From assembly GCF_009834535.1 (NCBI RefSeq), contig NC_045696.1, forward strand, positions 117,368,001 to 117,432,000: DNA of 64,000 nt, given 5' to 3'. This stretch comes from Camelus ferus. Lineage: Eukaryota. Each line of letters starts with the position of its first letter. Position 1 is the stretch's first letter. Below are positions 37,999-50,294 of the stretch, piece by piece. The translations under genes and the position numbers were made by a program. The notes beneath the pieces are model-generated. The model was given only the letters and a program-made list of their open reading frames with translations. It made no database searches and had not been told where the DNA came from.

Positions 37999-40022
37999 CA
38001 GAGATGTCAAAATGAGAAGTTTTGGAAATGTAAGGCATCTAAAACAATCACATATAAATATAGATTGCTATATAAAAACATGGTAACCATGAACTAAAAA
38101 TCTATAATAGAATAGATACGCACAAAGAAAAAGGAATCCAACGTAACACCAAAGATAGTCATCAAATCACAAGAGAAGGGAACCAAAAAAAAAAAAAAAA
38201 AAAGAAAAAAGAAAGGAAAAAAAAAAAGACCCACAAAACAATTAGTAAAATGGCAATAAGAATATCCATATCAATAATTATCTTAAATGTAAGTGGGCTA
38301 AATGTTCCAATTAAAAGAAATAGAGTGGCTGAATGGATACAAAAATAAGACCCACACGTATGCTGCCTACAAGAGACCCACTTCAGACTGAGGAAATGCA
38401 CAGCCCGAGGAGATGGAAAAAGGTATTTCATGCAAATGAAAATCAAAAGAAAACCAGGGCATCAATACTTACATCAGATAAAATGGGCTTTAAAATAAAG
38501 TCTATTAGAAGAGACAAAGAAGGACATTACATAATAATCAAGGGATCAGTCCAAGAAGAAGATATAACAATTGTAAATTTACATGCACCCAACATTGGAG
38601 CACCTAAATACATAAAGCAAATATTAACAGACAAAAAGGGAGAAATTGACAGTAACACAATAAAAGTAGGAAACTTTAACACCTCACGTACACCAATGGA
38701 CAGATCATCCAAATAGAAAATCAATAAGGAAATACTGGCTTTAAATGACATATTAGTCCAGATGGACTTAATTGATATATGCATAGAACATTTCATCCAA
38801 AAGCAGCAGAATACACAGACTGCAACATTCTCCAGGACAGATTACATGCTAGGTCACAAAACAAGCCTCAGTAAATTTAAGAAAGTTGGAATTATATGAA
38901 GCATCTCTTCAGACTATAATATTATGAGTCTAGAAATAAACTACAAGAAAAGAACTGCAAAAAATACAAATATGTGGAGGCTAGACAGTATGCTATTAAA
39001 CAACCAGTGGATCATGGAAGAAATCAAAGAGGAGATAAAAAAAATACCTAGAGACAAATGAAAATAAAAACACAATTCCAAAAACCGATGAGATGCAAAA
39101 AAGGCAGTTTTAAGAGGAAAATTTATGCAATCTTACCTCAGGAAATGAAAAAAAACTCAAATAAAAAAACCTAGCCTTACACGTAAAGGAACTAGAGAAA
39201 GAGCAACAGACAAAACCCAAAGGAGAAGAAAAGAAATAATAAAGATCAGGGCAGAAATAAATAAAGTAGAAACTAAAATACAATAGAAAAGGTCAAAAAC
39301 ACTAAAAGCTAGTTCTTTGAAAAGATAAACAAAATTGACATATCTTTAGCCAGACTCTTCAAGAAAATAGTGAGAGAGTCCAAATCAATAAAATCAGAAA
39401 TGAAAAAAGGAGAGGTTATAACCAACACCACAGAAATACAAAGGATCTTACGAGACTACTATGAGCAACTAACTATATGCCAATAAAATGGACAACCTAG
39501 CAGAGACAGACAAATTCTCTGAAATGTACAATCTCCCAAGACTGAACCAGGAAGAAATAGGAAATAGAGAAAGAGAGAGAGGAACACCAGCCAAAAAATA
39601 AAGAACAAAATGTTGCCATTTGCAACAACCTGGACCGACTTGGAGGGCATTATGCCAAGTGAAATAAATCAGAGAGAGAAAAACAAATACTGTATAATAT
39701 CACTTGTATGTGGATTCTAAATTACAACAAACTAGTGAATGTAACGAAAAAGAAACAGACTCACAGACATAGAGAACAAACTAGTGGGCACCAGTGGGGA
39801 GAGGGAAGGGAGAAGGGGCAATATAGGGGTAGGGGAAGCAGAGGTACAAACTGTTAGGTATAAAATAAGCTACAAAGATATATTGTACAACATAGGGAAT
39901 ACAGCCAATATTTTATAATAACTATAAATGGAGCATAGGCTTTAAAAGCTGTGAATCACTATATTGCACACCCATAATATATAATATTGCACATCAACTA
40001 TATGTCAATAAAAAATTAAAAA
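37999..40022 (+). mobile_element. L1 element: inter-ORF spacer, ORF2 endonuclease region, large internal deletion, ORF2 C-terminus and 3'UTR
   Basis: ORF2 ATG at 38250 (MAIRISISIIILNVSGLN...CCLQETH), with endonuclease motifs in ORF 38333-38716 (RDKEGHYIIIKGS, GNFNT). Many stops and frameshifts. TSD TAAAATGCTA at 37989-37998 and 40023-40032. Confidence 0.92.
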
Positions 40023-41506
40023 TAAAATGCTAAGGTGTCTATGTAACGATCTTCTAATTGGCGTGGCACCTCACAATGTGGCATGCCAGTTCTGATGTAA
40101 GTTTTAATTCCAAGTAGCCCTAGAGTTCCTTAAGCCACTAACTTTCTCTATTTTTTTTTTTTTTTTTTTTAGAATTTTTAAAAAATAAACCTAGTCAACA
40201 CACAGCAGCAAGTTAGAGTGGTCACTTCCTGGTGGTGACTCACACCCTAGGAGCATTTAAACCCCTTCTTCTGCTGACCAGGCTTTCCTGGAATGGGCAG
40301 AGCCAAGTTCCTCCTCTCCATCCCCACTCAGTATCCTTGAGTACAACTTTGCAGCAGCCTGATTTTCAGATTCATCCTTTTCTGATCATTTGTTTTCTGA
40401 ATTATCAGTCTTACACGGTGTCTGCTCCCTTCCCCCCTGCGGCTTACATGAGCCAGTCAGTTGGAACCTAGCATGGATGAGGTTTCAAATGTGTGTGCTG
40501 TGCCGTCCCCAGCCTGCAGACGTTCCTGCTGAGGGTAATTTCAGCGGTAACTCCAGCCTGGCCCTTTCTAAGCATCCAGGCTTAGAACCCTTCTCGACAA
40601 CATTTGCTCAAGAAAACTATTCATCAAGGCAGTAAGTCCAAATGATAGCTTCGAAATCAGATGCCAGTGCCCCACGTGTCTCAACAAGACAGCCCATCTG
40701 CCCTGGTTTTTGTGCTGCAGTCCCTGCACAAGCAAAGCTGTTCCAGAGGGCATGTCACAGAGTTTATCCAGGAAGCCAGATGCTTGGATCCCTGTGTTGT
40801 GTTCCAAGGGTCACTCACTACCTGCCTCCACCGCCTCCAGCAAGGCTAGGAGGGCTTCATCAGAAAATGACACGGCTGAACTCAACCATCCTTTGTGGAA
40901 GACTCTCTGCCTCTTTTAGAGACAATCTTGCCACACCTCTCATCATGTGTATTTTAGATGAGAAAGTTTAAAAGGTTTAACCAGATTATGCCAAAATGTG
41001 TGGACAAACATGCTCAAAGTCCTGAAGCGGGATGGCTGAAATAATTAAGGTATTTAGTATTTTAAGTGCATGTGAATGTGTGATTAATTTTATTATTACT
41101 AAGGAGTGGATTAAGGAGCAGTTCCTAGGTTGCATGGCTAAAAGATGTGTCTGTTAGAAAGTTTTGCAATTTAGCCATATTGGGTAACGTAGCACATGGT
41201 TTCTTCTGTCTAGTTAGAAAAGCAAGGACAATGTACTAGGCTATAGGTCTGAAGGATAATCTGGGATTAAATACTGAGAACAATGAGGAGGAGATGTGGA
41301 CCCATCAGAGGCCATTTTCCAACCTCCCGCAGTTGCAAAAACAGAATCCTTCTCTTAGGAAGTGATGAAAAAATTGTATTGGATATAGTGGAGGCTGTCA
41401 GGACTAAAACTTGTTCACATTCAGAGGGATTTTTTTTCTTGTTTTAATTAGCCTTTTGCAGTTAAAGAAGACATTTCTAGATAAAGAAATTATAAATCCA
41501 TTAGAC

Positions 41507-41730
41507 CAGAATTTGGCAAACTTTTTCTGCAGAGTCAGATAGTAAATATTTTAGACTTTGACGGCTGCGCAGTTTCTGTAACAACTGCCCAGCTTTCCCG
41601 CTGCAGCAGGAAAGAACCACAAATACTGTGCTTAACAAAGGCGCATGGCTGTGTTTCCAATAAAACTTTATTTGTAAAAGCAGACAAAGAGCTAGATTTG
41701 TCCCACACATGGTAGTTAGCTGACCTTTGC
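41507..41730 (+). mobile_element. MER58A hAT-Charlie MITE
   Basis: TTGGCAAACTTTTTCTGCAGAGTCAGATAGTAAATATTTTAG...GGCTGTGTTTCCAATAAAACTTTATTT...GTAGTTAGCTGACCTTTG. Confidence 0.8.
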
Positions 41731-41840
41731 CCCATGACTATAAGTTTTATGAAGGTAAGGACCTGTATTCTCAAGAACTGGTACATTGTAGGCACTCAAG
41801 AACTATTTGTGAATGACATTTTTAAAAACTGGAATTATAA

Positions 41841-41970
41841 GGGGAGGGTATAGCTCAGTAGTGAGCACATGCTTAGCATGTACCAAGTCATGGGTTCAAT
41901 CCCCAGTACCTCCTATATAAATCAGTAAATAAATAAACTTAATTATCCCCCCCCAAAAAAACAAACAAAA
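41841..41970 (+). mobile_element. Vic-1-like SINE, long form
   Basis: GGGGAGGGTATAGCTCAG...GGGTTCAATCCCCAGTACCTCC and the AAACTTAATTATCCCCC extension. TSD AAAAACTGGAATTAT / AAAAATTGGAGCTAT. Confidence 0.92.
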
Positions 41971-43439
41971 ATTGGAGCTATGGACTTAGCAAGACACAAG
42001 AAAAGAGAAGGAAGGAGAGGGAGAGAGAAAGGACATGAAAGAAAGTAAAAATTGGTAAAAAAAAAAATTGTTAGCTTTGCTATCCGATAAAATTTAATCA
42101 AAATTTACTCTGCAGACAACTTTTCAAGGTTGGTTCTAGTCTTTAAATATTATCCTTTGAGTATAAAAATACCTTACATTCCTTCTCCATAGGCCTTTCT
42201 GAGCCACTGGAAAGAAATGCAGGATTCTTTTCAGCAAAATGTCCTAGCACACCCTCTGAAATTTCCTCATTACTCCTCACTGGCGGAAAACTGCCCCACT
42301 GTTACGAATTCTTAAAAATTATGATGAACAAAGGAATGAATTGATTTATAAACAAAGTGAATGTACAGACTATTAAATGCTAAACAAAGTGAATTTTGTC
42401 TTCAAGACTGGGTTTAGATGTGGGAAATTACAGTGGTATTAATCTGCAAGAAATATCATCACCTTATCCTCAGAAACCTAGACTAACTTAATACTAACAG
42501 AGTGTCCAATTTCATTACAGCAAATACTACAGTAAAAATTTCAGGATGACACCAAGAATTTGAGTGTTTTTCTTTTGTCAACAGTAGGGATATAATTAAA
42601 TTTTACTAACAGAATCTAGAGTAGAAGTTAGTCTTCTGTATTTTAGTATTAGTAACAAAGGAACAGAGTTCTTAAGAAAATTTTTAAAATCTTACTTTGA
42701 TCCTTATATTTATTATTGATTAAAATAATCATACAAAATGACCAAGACAAAGCCAACGAAGATTTTTACATTCTCTTCCAGAGTTAATTTCAGTTAAAAT
42801 TATTCTTGAGCTTCTAGATGGGTTTCCCCCCTTGTTGGCTTGATTTTTGTTTTGTTTTCTTTAAATTTATGTTCCCTTTGCACATTCCACTTATGCCTGA
42901 TTTGGGAGGAGAGAGTGCCGATAATTCTGCAAGATGGTTGATTGTTGCGTTTGGTTTGATTAGGATGAGGTTCCAATAAAGCATCCAAACATGCTGGTGC
43001 GCCTCTCAGTTAAAGCTTCAAATCCTTAGAGGTGCGCATCACCACTAAAACAACAGACCATAAAGTTTGCTCTATGCAAGGAGATTTATTTCTTTATTTG
43101 TACTCAAACACAACCATAAAGGTTTATCTTCTGATCAGAGGGGAAAAAATAAACAAAGCAACAAAGGTCTTCACAAAAGAGAGTGTGTGAGCCAAATGAA
43201 CAAAGCCTTTTTTCTTTCCAAGTTAAGAAGAAATAGGAAGGAAGAAGAAAGTAGGACCAGGACGAAAGGAGGCTCCACGCTTTTAGGATCCTGTCACTTT
43301 GATTCCTGGTAAGCGAACTTCAGTGTGTGTTTAAAATCTTGAGGATTTATATTATTAACCAAACAAGAATTTTTACAATCAGGGAACATTTGTCTGGCTT
43401 TCTCCCTCGCCTCCTCCCTCCCCACCCATCCCCCCAACC

Positions 43440-44780
43440 AGCACACACAATTTTTGTAGAATATTTTGTTGGCTATAATTAAACTATGTGTGTTAATTAG
43501 GATTAGATTTTAAATGCACTGCTTGGGAAGTTGAAAAATACAGGATCTGAATGAGCCCAAATTGAGATGACACTTGAATTTTCGCAGATGTTTCCATAAT
43601 CCTAATTTCAAATTGATTGTACTTCCTGAACAGTGAGAAGCCATTTTCAGTTATTTATTCAGACGTGCGCACTACTTTTTCCTCTGCCAGTGGGTAGAAA
43701 ATATCTAGCACTTTCATTAACTCCTTCAAATAAACTGATTTTTGAGGCAGGTTTTAATGGGAGGGATGCCAAATCAGACCCACCTGCTCCTAGGGTCGCC
43801 CCAGAGCCCTCATAGGGGTCTGAGCGGAAATCGGGAGCCTGGCGACTTCTCTCTTGCCTGCCCCCTCATGATGGGTTCAGCTGGCTTTTGACTGTCATTG
43901 CTCAATAGCCAGGGAAAAAGCAAAGAGAGGGAAAAAAAAGCTTCCCAAATTATTGGCTACCAGCAGCCCATAATATGTGACACTTGATTCAGCCGCAAAG
44001 ATGTGCAGCGTGCTACACTACAGAAGCCCGGAGTTTGGACCCAGCAGCAGGGCCACCTGTAAAACACATTCCCAAATAAATGGCCTGTAAAAAAGATAAG
44101 CCCCCGCCAAGTCTGAGTGTGTCAGTACCAAACGGCATTTCAGCGAGAGCCGAAAACCCAACACCAGGCGCTGCAATGTGCCTGAACCGAAAGGGTCGTC
44201 TTCTCTTTGTCTTATGTGGGTTTGTTGTAGCTTCTCTGTATGTTTCACTGTATGTTCAACCCAGAATCCAGAAAGGCTTCAGAAATCCTGCCTTGGAAGC
44301 AACCCCATCCCCCTGACAAGGCCCCTATTTGATTGTAATTCCTCGCAGATTTCCTGTTAGGGGGGCCTCCGCTGAATTAGAGGCATCTCGCCTCTTCCAC
44401 CTGTAACGATTTCCCACTCAACTGTAAGACAATGGCCATGATTGATCTAATGAGGGACTGGAAAAGCCAGCTGATTGCTATAAATAGTTGAAAGCAAAAA
44501 CTTGTGCTTGGCTTCCCAAAGAATTTCTCATCAACTCTGGTCCCCTAACCTAAATAGGTAAGCGGCCTCCTGGCAAATTAGGTGAGACACTTAAGCTTTT
44601 TCTTGGTGGGAGTTCGTCTAGAGGGCAAGGCAGAATTCAAGCAGAGAGAGATGACTGATGGAATATTCACGTTTTAAAGCCACAATCACGTGTCATCCTA
44701 TATGTCCCACGAAGGCAGAATTCAGTTTTTTAAACAGAAAACTGTTTGAGTAAATGCAAATATGCATGAGACCAGAGAAT
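43440..44780. promoter_or_regulatory. Candidate conserved enhancer cluster
   Basis: Lies in about 2.8 kb with no recognisable repeat. GGATTA 43500-43505, TAATCC 43597-43602, CAGATG 43585-43590, CTGTCA 43892-43897, ACAATGG 44429-44435, TGATTGAT 44439-44446, ATGCAAAT 44754-44761. Confidence 0.45.
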
Positions 44781-46894
44781 TGGGTTTGTTTTAATAGCTG
44801 TTGTTGTTTTTTTTAATAGTCAAAGTCCAGTGGAAAGCCTTTGTGTATTCATTTCTTAAATAAAGTAGCATACTGCAAAGGTACATAAAAGTCCCTGAAA
44901 ATCAGAAAATCGTACATTTTTTTTCCTCCTTCCATCTTTTAGGACTGTGTTTCTTAACCAGGCTACATGTTATGAATGCCCAGGCTATACCGGATCAATT
45001 ACATCGGAGTGCAGGCTTGACATCCAGGAATCACTATTTCTTTTTAACTCTCCAGGGTATTCTAGTGGGCATCCAAGTTTGAGAATGGGTTATCGTGCTA
45101 AAGGATCTCCAATAACAGCATGGAGAAATTTTTCCTCCTGTCCTGTATGCAGAAGGGAAAGAGGTAAAACTGTCTCTATTTTCCCACCCCTTGCCTGTGA
45201 GTTATCTGGGGACGATTAATAGTTCATCGTGTGCATGCCTGGGCTCACTCCTGATCACTGCTGGAGCCCCTTCCTCCGGGGGTCCCTGCCACCCCTTGGA
45301 CATGGCGGCAGAGAGTTTAAGTGACTGGCCCTAAGAACACTGGCCAGTAAGTGGCACAACCAGATTTCGAATCAGGCCAGTGTTGGCCCCAGAGTCCATG
45401 TTTATATGATTACAAATGCAAAGGTGGATGCTGGGAGCCCACATGAGTCTGAGACCTGTTTTATTTGCTTTGTACCTGTGAGAGGAAAAGAGAAGATTTT
45501 GAGGGTGTGTGGAAGAGTATTATTTCTCTCATTTTCTTCCATTTTGTTGAATTGTATTAAAAGCTTTTTCAGGTTTTCAAAAGTTGCAGGAACCAACTGA
45601 TTTGACTATGACCATTTCCACTGAAGTGGTCGAAGAGAAAACCTCTCTGTGAATTTAGAGATTCACTCAAATCCAAAAGAAGTGTAAGCAATTTATATTC
45701 CTCCATCCAGGCATAGTCTCACCAAGACTCCCAGAGAGTTGGGGTAACACAGAAGCTTGGGTCCCCTCTTTGTGCACTGGCCTGACTATGCAAATCAGTG
45801 CGTAGCCATGTCCTATTCCATTTTCTGGGATTCTTTGAAAGCAGGTATTTTAAGTGTTTAAAAATGTTAAAAAATTAGAATCAGCATTAGTTTGGCCTTA
45901 ACTTTTTTTCTTCTTTCTTTTTTTTTTTTTTAGTTTGTGTTAATTGATTCGATCAGCAATTTATTTTAAAGAACTTGGTTGTTACATCCCCCACTGAAAT
46001 ATATAAATACTGCTATTCAAAGCCATTCATCTGACGGAGACAATTCTCATATAAAGAGAGTTGCAAAGGAGACAGAGGAGGATAGGAAAGACATTTAACC
46101 ATCTATCAAGATGTTTCAATGAAAAGTCAAGAAGTAAGCTTTTATTTAAGAAATCAGACCTAGTTATTATAGGTTAATAAGAATCAGGAGGACTTGAGCA
46201 ATCTATCTAGAAGTGACCACGCAGTTTGTCAACTGAAGATTGAAAGTCTTACGGTTGTTAATAAAGTAACTCAATCTAACATCCACAAAGATCAGCAAAA
46301 ATGGCAACTTGAACTGTCCCAGAATTTAAGTCCATAAATGGCGAGTGTGTCATATTGAGTGTCGTTTATTTTGTTCGATGTCAGATGAAGCAATCATTAG
46401 TTCCATCAAATTACTTAATATTATTACTTCATATAAAATGCTCCATAGCTCCCCTGTGCACATCAAAGGGTATAATTTACACCAAAATCATTACTTGCCA
46501 ATATTTGGGGACCTTGGTAGGAAATCAAGATGCCATCTAGTCTAGCCGGCTAGAAGGAAATTTCTTTCCTCCTTTCCCTGGGAACTGCTTTCCCTCAGCC
46601 TTGGTCCAAGACTTTGTCAAAATTTTAGGCTGAGTAGGTGTTTAGCATATACTAATGATCTAGAATGAATTATTCTGAACGCTGTCATATGCCAATGCCC
46701 AACTCTTCTGAAACTTTCTGCCCAGAATCTTCATGATATGACTCAACACAGAGTCCAAAAGAAAGAGGAAAGTTTAGTGGAAAATGGTACAAGAAAGATT
46801 TAAACTAAAAGTTGGAGAAAGTTACAGAAAATGAAATAAGTTCTTGAATTGATGGATGGATCAAGGGTAACTTCTAAAGGAAGCAGATTGGGGT

Positions 46895-47018
46895 TTCTCT
46901 CTCTCTTTCTCTTTCTCTTTTTTTTTTTTTTTTTTTTTTTAGATTTTTTGGAGGGAGGTCATTAGGTTTACTTATTTGTATATTTTTAACAGAGGTACTG
47001 GAGATTGAACCCTCCCCC
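46895..47018 (-). mobile_element. Vic-1-like SINE, long form, with internal deletion
   Basis: T-tail, GGAGGGAGGTCATTAGGTTTA extension, then GAGGTACTGGAGATTGAACCC joined directly to TCCCCC. Confidence 0.8.
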
Positions 47019-47179
47019 ACCGCATAATCTCTTTCTCTCTGTCTTTTGAAATTTTGAGCCACTTGGGGGATTTTCAAAGATTGAAATTTTAAGGATTTGC
47101 TTTAGTTATTTTTTTAACCTTAGGAGTGACAACGTTTCTGTGTTGTTCCCACATTCACCAGAACAATCAACTGAATTTG

Positions 47180-49050
47180 TTGTTGTTGTTCACTGCAATA
47201 CTTTTGTTTTCTTCACAATGACATGCTGCTGGGGCCAAATGTTCTCACGTGGGCAGTAGAAAACCAACAGTTTTGGGCCATCTCTTAAAGAATTGAGAAT
47301 TGCATACAGAAACCATACACAAATTAAAAGGATTGAATACATTTACAGGTGTAAATGCTACCCATTTTCCAGCTCAAGGCAAGGAACAACCCATGGCTTT
47401 CTGGCGGGCAATTGTAGGGTAAGAAAGGAAAGTGAGTTCTAAGGCTGGGACCGTCCCAATCCTGTCAGACCCAGAAGACAAATGACAGCTGACGCAGGAC
47501 TCTTGTCAGCCCCTAGGGAAATCGTGGAACAGGCAGCTCTTACACCAATGCCCTGCGCAGGTCAGCAAACTCGTGGTCTCGCAGATTGTCATCAAGCCCG
47601 AGGATTTCTCTTCCACAAACATATTTCTCACCTCAGCCACGAACTGAGGAAACACACGTACTAGGGGTTTAAAACTGAAGATACGAACCGGCCATCACAC
47701 TTAGACCAAAGGACCCGTTTAACTTAAACAGAAGGTTAAAATCAGCAGTAAGCTCTACAACTGGGTGCTGATATTAGATACAAACGCCAAGGACACATTT
47801 CTTTCCAAAGGTTTATTCCAGTGGCAGGAGGATAGCACGGTGTGTGAGCATCCGCCAGGGCAAACGTGTACTTTTATACGAGCTCGTGTAGCAAATGCGA
47901 AGCATCCCACCCACGGCCCATTTAGAAGCATTTGTGGTGGAGGACGGAGGGGCTGGACAGGGCATCCTTCTGCTCTCTGTTCACGTCAGCTGGAAGGCAG
48001 ACAGCGAGGCCAGGATGGCCCCCCAGACCCACACCCAGTATTTGTGTTCACGAGGAGCCTTGGTCTTGATCTGATCTTCAGTCGTGCAGGGGCCAGTGCC
48101 CTGAGATCCCTGTATGTCCTGGTGGTGATGCGAGGTACACGGTGGTCCCACCCAGACAGCACTGTGTTGGCACACAGGCCTTCCGGCTGTCGACATCACC
48201 CTTCAGCATGGAGGTGAAGGTGGTCTCGGGGGTGCCACGGGACTCCATGCCCAGGAGGAGGGTGGAAGAGCGCCTGTGGACCCAGAAACACTCATTGAGG
48301 ATGGTGACCACCTGACAGTCAGAGAGCTCGGAGCTCTTCTCCAGGGAGGAGGCGGGCACCGCAGTGACCGTCTCCTGCCCCAGTGTCCAGGGCGACGTAG
48401 CAGAGCTGCCCTTGGCATCATGCACAATTTCCCACGGGGCCGTGGTGCGGAGGATGCGGCCATGCCCCATGAGCATCTTCACGAGACAGCCAGTCAGGTC
48501 CCAGGACAGCCAGATGCAGATGCAGGATGGCATGGGGGAGGGCATACCCCTCGTAGATGGGCACCTGTGGGCGACCCCCTCCCCAGGATCCATGACAACA
48601 CCAGTGGTGCGGCCAGAGGCTACAGGGACAGCAGGGCCCTAGTGTTGAAGGTGTTGAACATGATCTGAGTCATCTCAGAGCAGGCCTTGGGGGGTGGAGG
48701 GGATGCCTAGGTCAGCATCACTGGGTCCTCCTTGGGGGCCACGGGCAGCTCGTCATAGAAGCTGTGGTTGGTGCCAGGTCTTCTCCACTGTTGTCCCAGT
48801 TGGTGACGATGCGGTGCTCCATGGGGTACTTGAGGGTCAGGTTCTGAGCTTGCTCCGGGCCCACGCCCTGGTGTCGGAGGCAGCCGATGACAATGGGAAC
48901 ATGGCCCAGGGGTGTCATCCCCAGCAAAGCCAGCTTTGCACATTCCAGAGCCATCGCCGAGGAGGAACACGATGATTTCGTCCTCGCTCATGATCTGCAG
49001 AGGTGACGGCAGCCAGGTACACCAGGAGGACCAGTAGCGCAGCGATGAGT
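47180..49050 (-). pseudogene. ACTG1P: Full-length processed pseudogene of cytoplasmic gamma-actin (decayed CDS about 48991 to 47922)
   Basis: Actin peptides in shifting frames: DGSGMCKAGFAGDD, LTLKYPMEHRIVTNWD, SSLEKSSEL, LGMESRGTPETTF, KYWVWVWGAILASLSAFQ, ending TGCTTCTAA. No introns; frameshifts, stops and deletions. About 735 nt of 3'UTR matches ACTG1 rather than ACTB (GCATTTACACCTGTAAATGTATTC, GGTTTTCTACTG, GAGAACATTTGGCCCCAGCA). Poly(A) decayed to (AAC)n. Candidate TSD CTGAATTTG 47171-47179 / CTAAATTTG 49057-49065. Confidence 0.93.
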
Positions 49051-50294
49051 CTTCCGCTAAATTTGGCTGAATGATCACTGCTGGAATGCCTGGGCTACGT
49101 GGGGTGTTTATGAGCCAGGGTTATGCCTTCCCAAAGACTATATTCTGACAGAGACAGACACATACACGCATCGTATAGTTAGAAGCAGTTCACATACATG
49201 AGTCAAATAGATGGAGGACACTGAGAATAACCAAATTAACACCTCTGAAGAACAGATTCTGTTAGGTTCTATGTTCATTTTTCTGGTGACAAACGATTAT
49301 AGAAAACCTGGAAAATTCAGGAAAAGTCCTCCAAACACAAGACTCCCTCCCCCATCCCACCCAGAGACAACCACCCTAACCAGCATTTTGATGTCTGTAT
49401 CGTCTGAAACAGAAGTGGAAAAGAAAGAAAGAGTATGAGACCCATGTTCAAGGCAGCACTGGTAAGATTTGACAACGGATTGAATATTGAATGTGGTGAG
49501 AGGGAAGTCATCAAGAATAAACAATTTTCAAAACTAAGCAACTTGGTGCACAGCGTTACAATAAACCAGGTAAGAGACATGAGACTTGTGGCAGGCTTCC
49601 AGGAAAGGACAGGCGTCTGTTTAACTGTTTGAACTGGAGGTGACAGCAGCAGAGTCACATGAAAGCCCTAATAGATGGTTCAGTAGAGCAAATACTACCA
49701 GTAATATTCTTAAGGTATCCATGTTTAAGTTGGCCACTGAAATTTATTTTTAAAGATCACTTTAAACCATACATCACAAACTCTGAATTGTGGTGAGAAT
49801 TTAAGAAACTGAGACTATATTTTGATCCTGATCATCAGCTCAGAGGAATACACTTAAAACATGTATAAATATATATATTTATTGTAAAGGCATCCCCTCC
49901 ATTATGTCTGGTATAAAGTCATAAACGGATATGCAGTGGACAGTCCCCATTTGTAAATAACTTTCACTGATGTTTACCAGTAGTGTCCAATCTCAAACAC
50001 TTATGAAATATCAATTTATTAAAACTCCAAGCTTTGTTCTGTTCTACAAATGAGACAACAATGTCACCAAGAACTAAAAGGTGATAACAGTGAAAAACAA
50101 GTCACATGGCTGAGAAGCCGGGAGCCTTAACCGCCCAAATGTTGCTTACTGGGCCACTGTGGTTACCAGTCTGAATAGGAATGTTTGATAAGTATCATTT
50201 TCACTTTGTTTTTGTTTTTACAGACCCTTAAGGATTTTCTCTCTGAGCCTCAGTCTACTAGGATCCCATGCAAATAAATAAGTAGGAGATATTG

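Noticed and set aside
47765..48975. Plus-strand ORFs of 93-150 aa
   Set aside because: Antisense shadows of the GC-rich actin pseudogene, with no independent evidence.
47922..49078. Functional divergent actin or actin-related gene
   Set aside because: Homology is scattered over all three frames, with stops and deletions of core residues.
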